DNA from: Bigelowiella natans CCMP2755
Taxonomy: Eukaryota > Protista > Cercozoa
Reading direction: 5' to 3'
DNA: 64,000 nucleotides
Assembly: GCA_000320545.1 (NCBI GenBank)
Contig: ADNK01000544.1
Coordinates: 62,001 to 126,000 of the forward strand
Below, in pieces: positions 60,362 to 64,000 of this stretch; position 1 is the stretch's first letter, and every line of letters starts with the position of its first letter. Both the position numbers and the translations under genes were made by a program. The notes under the pieces were generated by a model. That model had not been told where the DNA came from and did not search any database. It worked only from the letters and a program-made list of their open reading frames with translations.

Positions 60362-61301
60362 GTGCTGTCGCAAATCCTTTTGCCCTTATTTTTGTTTGCA
60401 GTTGTAAATTATTTCGAATCCCCGATATTAGCACCGTTAGTGGCTGGCAGTGCCCTCTGCGACCATCAGTCCTTCTTCTTCTCTTGCATACATACTCGAC
60501 GAGACGACGACGACGACGGCTCATTCAAGAAACGCATTGTTTCCCGCGCTTGTCTGTTGATCAGTTTTCCAGTGCATCATTCTCATGACTTGTGCAGGCA
60601 CTGCTGCCCGCTTAATGTGCGTGCTCTCCCTCGCACTTGCGGTCATCGTCGTACGTGGTGAAGGGGATCGACAAGCAGACTACAATGGATCAAAGGGGGG
60701 GTGGTTGTTTGGTCGGGTCTTCGAAAGACGATTCCGTCGTCATGGAAGGTTCATGCTGAAAACGCGATACCTGTACGCATGCTATGTGCTGTAGACAGTT
60801 CCTTTCTCACGAGCAGTCGCCTATCTAACTGGGTATAGGTCCCGTCAAGGCCCCAGAACCGAAGGAGCTCAGGGTGATGCAGAAGGAAATTGAGATTCTA
60901 AGGAGACTGCAGAAGGAGAGCCGCTTTGACATCATCAGACTTCACCACAGAATTTTGGAGCTGGAGGATAACATCCAGTATAAAATTGAGCTCAGGCCAA
61001 TAAAATTGGCTAAGACTCTTGGATATCTCATTGCGACAAATCCCAGAATTTCGTTTTTAGCTGGTACATTCCAAAAATGACCACATATTCAAATTTTGTT
61101 GCATGCATACTGCTGAACAACTTTTTGCTATTTTTCACAGGAATGGGTATCAGCATCGCTCTTATGTCACGTAGAGGATTAGATCACAATAGAAATAAAA
61201 GAAATGGCACACAGGCGTTGCAGCCACCACAGAAGAATAATGCGACAAAACCAACGGAGAACCTTCTCAAAGGAATAGATGAGCTGGCAAAAGGCACATG
61301 A
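60362..61301 (+). CDS. Small spliced hypothetical protein with a coiled-coil segment and a hydrophobic (TM-like) segment; 5' structure uncertain
   Basis: Exons ...DDSVVME|GPVKAPEPKELRVMQKEIEILRRLQKE...NPRISFLA|GMGISIALMSRR...AKGT* joined by GT-AG introns. Confidence 0.5.
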
Positions 61302-61947
61302 TTAGTAACGGCTCAAATATACAGAAAAGTTGATGTTTAAACTTAAAGCATTTAGAAATATGTGTTTATCCTTTTTACGTACAGTTGTGTGGATATGCTG
61401 TCAATCGCAGTACGTACGTAGCGGTCGCAAGGATATAAGGCACAGCATATAGACATGACAATAGTCATGTATCGGATTGATGTACGATACAAGCTAATAT
61501 GCGGTTAAGATTCATCAATGGCGATACGCTCTTAACATTGTACATATTAACGCGCGACGATACGATAATAGGAATGCTAAAAAAGTTACAACTGCAATTA
61601 CCAATCTACGATAAATAATCCCGCAGATGCGCGTGCAATGATGGCAATTTGACGTGCCATGTACTAGATTAGCCTGATGAAGTTGCATGGGTCTTCTCAA
61701 TTTCCATATTTTACTTAACCCTTTGTTCGATAGTGAATCGATTGAAGTGTCCCAGGAAGCCGACTGCCTAGCAAACAGCTAATACTGATAATAGAATATT
61801 AGAACCAGAATGTGTAGACGTGTTTGTGCAGCAAAGCTGTGCGCTTATTGAGAGGTGCGACAAATTTATTTGTTCATGTTGATTAGTGAAATTTCTTATT
61901 CTCATCATTAATAATTATCAAAGTAGTTATCATGCACATTTATACGC

Positions 61948-62916
61948 CTAGGCGTTGGCGGTGTCTTCTTTATCGTCCGATTTTGCGTCAGCAAATACTT
62001 TACTCTCGTCGTCATGATCCTTGTTGTCCATTATTTCATTCGTGCTATCCAATGCTTCACTCTCATTATTATCTTTTGGTCTTCGAACAGACAGTGAGGG
62101 AGATGCTACAGGAGCCAGCCCCTTTAAGCTACTATTATCACTTTCCTTTGGAATTGTAGACTTCGGAGACTTGTTCTGGTAGAAACACTTGCGCCACTAC
62201 GTACAAGCATACACACACATACACATACACACATACACACGCACGGGAAAGGAATCATGAACAATGTATATAACACCAATGATACTACTGCTACTACTAC
62301 TCATTGTAGAGATTTTGACGGAAGGAGAGGGGTAGTTCTCTCACCCAACGATAAGGAAACATAGATTGTTATCGAATTAATAAAGAGTAGAAGTAGATTT
62401 TGTGATACATGGTCCATGTCTTTTTGCAGCATCAGCAACATCAGCTACAAATGCAACAGTAGTGTCAAATATATATTTGCAGTCATCATTCCACACTCAC
62501 TCATCATTGTTTAGTGAATTGTCATTGCGATAGAGAATAAGAAATTATCTTGCGATTGATGCAACATCTTACTCGCTAACTGAATTTGTTGGTATTTGAA
62601 CATCATCATTTCTTATCATCATAGCAGGTTGTGACAATATAATCTTTTACCACAGAAGCTGGCACTTTGTATAGACCAATGTTCATGCCAGGTTTAACCC
62701 CTTTCGCCCGATCAATCTATTGTTATTTATATTAATAGTAGGATAACAGCGTGATATTGGAAATCGAGCATAGGGTGATAAAGATGCTAGGAGTGGCGGG
62801 GATTATGATAATAATGGTGATGATGGCGGTGATCATGGATTTAGCATCGGATGCGTGTAAATACATATGGAGACAGATAGACAAAGTAAAAGAGCACACA
62901 CAATCACACACACACT

Positions 62917-62951
<35 letters not shown>

Positions 62952-64000
62952 GAATATATAATATTGTATGCATGCGCGAGTTTGTAAGTATTGCCTGCTT
63001 CGATTATATTCTTTTATTCATTCTCATCTAGTAGTTGTAGTAGTAGTAGTAGTAGTATCACCAGAGCTGCGACATCAGATAGAGACGTTGGGGGACCTCC
63101 AGGTGGAGGGAATAAAGCACCATACTTTTTCTCAAAGTATCGCTTTTGCGTTCTTATTCAAGGGGAGGGGGGGAGAGAAATCATAAACTATTCGTGCGAG
63201 TGAAGTGCCGTAAATGGGAAACCAAGCGTTGATTTTCATCAATTAGTGAGTCGACTTCTGTGCGAGGAGAATCTCGTTATTCATTATAGCAGTAGTATTA
63301 GTAGTAGTAGTAGTAGTGGTAGTATTTGAGTGGCAGCAGCATGGTTTTGGTTGATACCCGTGCAAAGCACGTTGTAGAAAATAGTGAATGAAGAAGTCTG
63401 ATCATCAATAGTAGAGCGTTGAACATAATTTCTTGTCATCATGGAAAGGCTGCATGCAACAAAACACCAAATCTGGTGAAATATCCTTGGAATAAATCGC
63501 CGATTTATCGTACCAGTTGATTCATTGTACCAGCTAAAGTGAGGATGCTATATCGTAGCTCAAATGAAAAGGAATGGGGAATAGGATATGCACGAGTTTA
63601 TTTCACATCCGCTCCTCCTTTTCTCTCTCATCACCATAATCACCATCATCATCACCATTATCTTAATCGTTTGCATCAGCCAATGATACCAGTAACAAGC
63701 CCATTGAATGCTTGACTGATGAGTCCCGTCCACACCCACGACGTATCTTCACATAGTGAGAAATAGAAAGTAAGAAATAGAGCAGCAAGAGAAACGCAGC
63801 CCCCCGTCCAAACGTTGGTTATCCAATTAAAGGGCTCGCACACAGTTGTAGTAGATTTGACGACGTTGATGACATATCATATCAACGTAAGTGTATTTTC
63901 AAGATAAGGTTGCTATCATACATCATACATTAGCAATCGTGTATGTGTATGAGCATGTGTGTGTGTGTGTGTGTGTGTGTGTTTGTGTGAGTAATACCGA
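61948..64000 (-). CDS. 3' part of an unidentified multi-exon gene that begins beyond the window end
   Basis: Open terminal exon WRKCFYQNKSPK...DDKEDTANA* (stop at 61948). Plausible upstream exons include RYFEKKYGALFPPPGGPPTSLSDVAAL and IDRAKGVKPGMNIGLYKVPASV. Confidence 0.55.

Noticed and set aside
60585-60794. ORF MTCAGTAARLMCVLSLALAVIVV as the signal-peptide exon of the small gene
   Set aside because: Its phase at the 60749 donor does not match the downstream coding frame unless the G-run near 60694 has an indel; left unresolved.
63470-63535. IPRIFHQI as a DXD glycosyltransferase (IPKIIHQTW-like) motif
   Set aside because: It is a single short motif in an uncertain frame, with no DXD or other supporting motifs downstream.

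Overview
This is eukaryotic nuclear DNA: gene-dense, rich in short GT-AG introns, and many of those introns are filled with microsatellites. Two genes carry bipartite (signal anchor plus transit-like) leaders and one is a PsbP-domain protein, which suggests an alga with a secondary plastid. A chlorarachniophyte is my inference, not established. Manual splicing gives about 13 genes, in order: giant coiled-coil protein (-), PARG-like/NADAR/EF-hand-like multidomain gene (+), plastid-type glutaredoxin (-), ankyrin protein (+), membrane-anchored pectin acetylesterase/Notum esterase (-), HspBP1/Fes1 (+), PPD7-like PsbP protein (-), divergent actin-related protein (+), PI31 (-), TTC29-like TPR protein (+), Tudor...WD40 giant protein (-), small membrane protein (+), and a partial gene (-). 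The main signals are: (1) an apparent fusion of two unrelated ADP-ribose-erasing folds, a PARG-like macrodomain and a NADAR domain with substituted catalytic glutamates; (2) strict +/- alternation of all the genes, with a distinctive alternating purine-pyrimidine sequence in the tail-to-tail gaps; (3) introns holding mutually complementary microsatellites that could fold into hairpins. Most short ORFs in the supplied track are microsatellite or intron artefacts. Exon boundaries were inferred by eye and gene starts are approximate.
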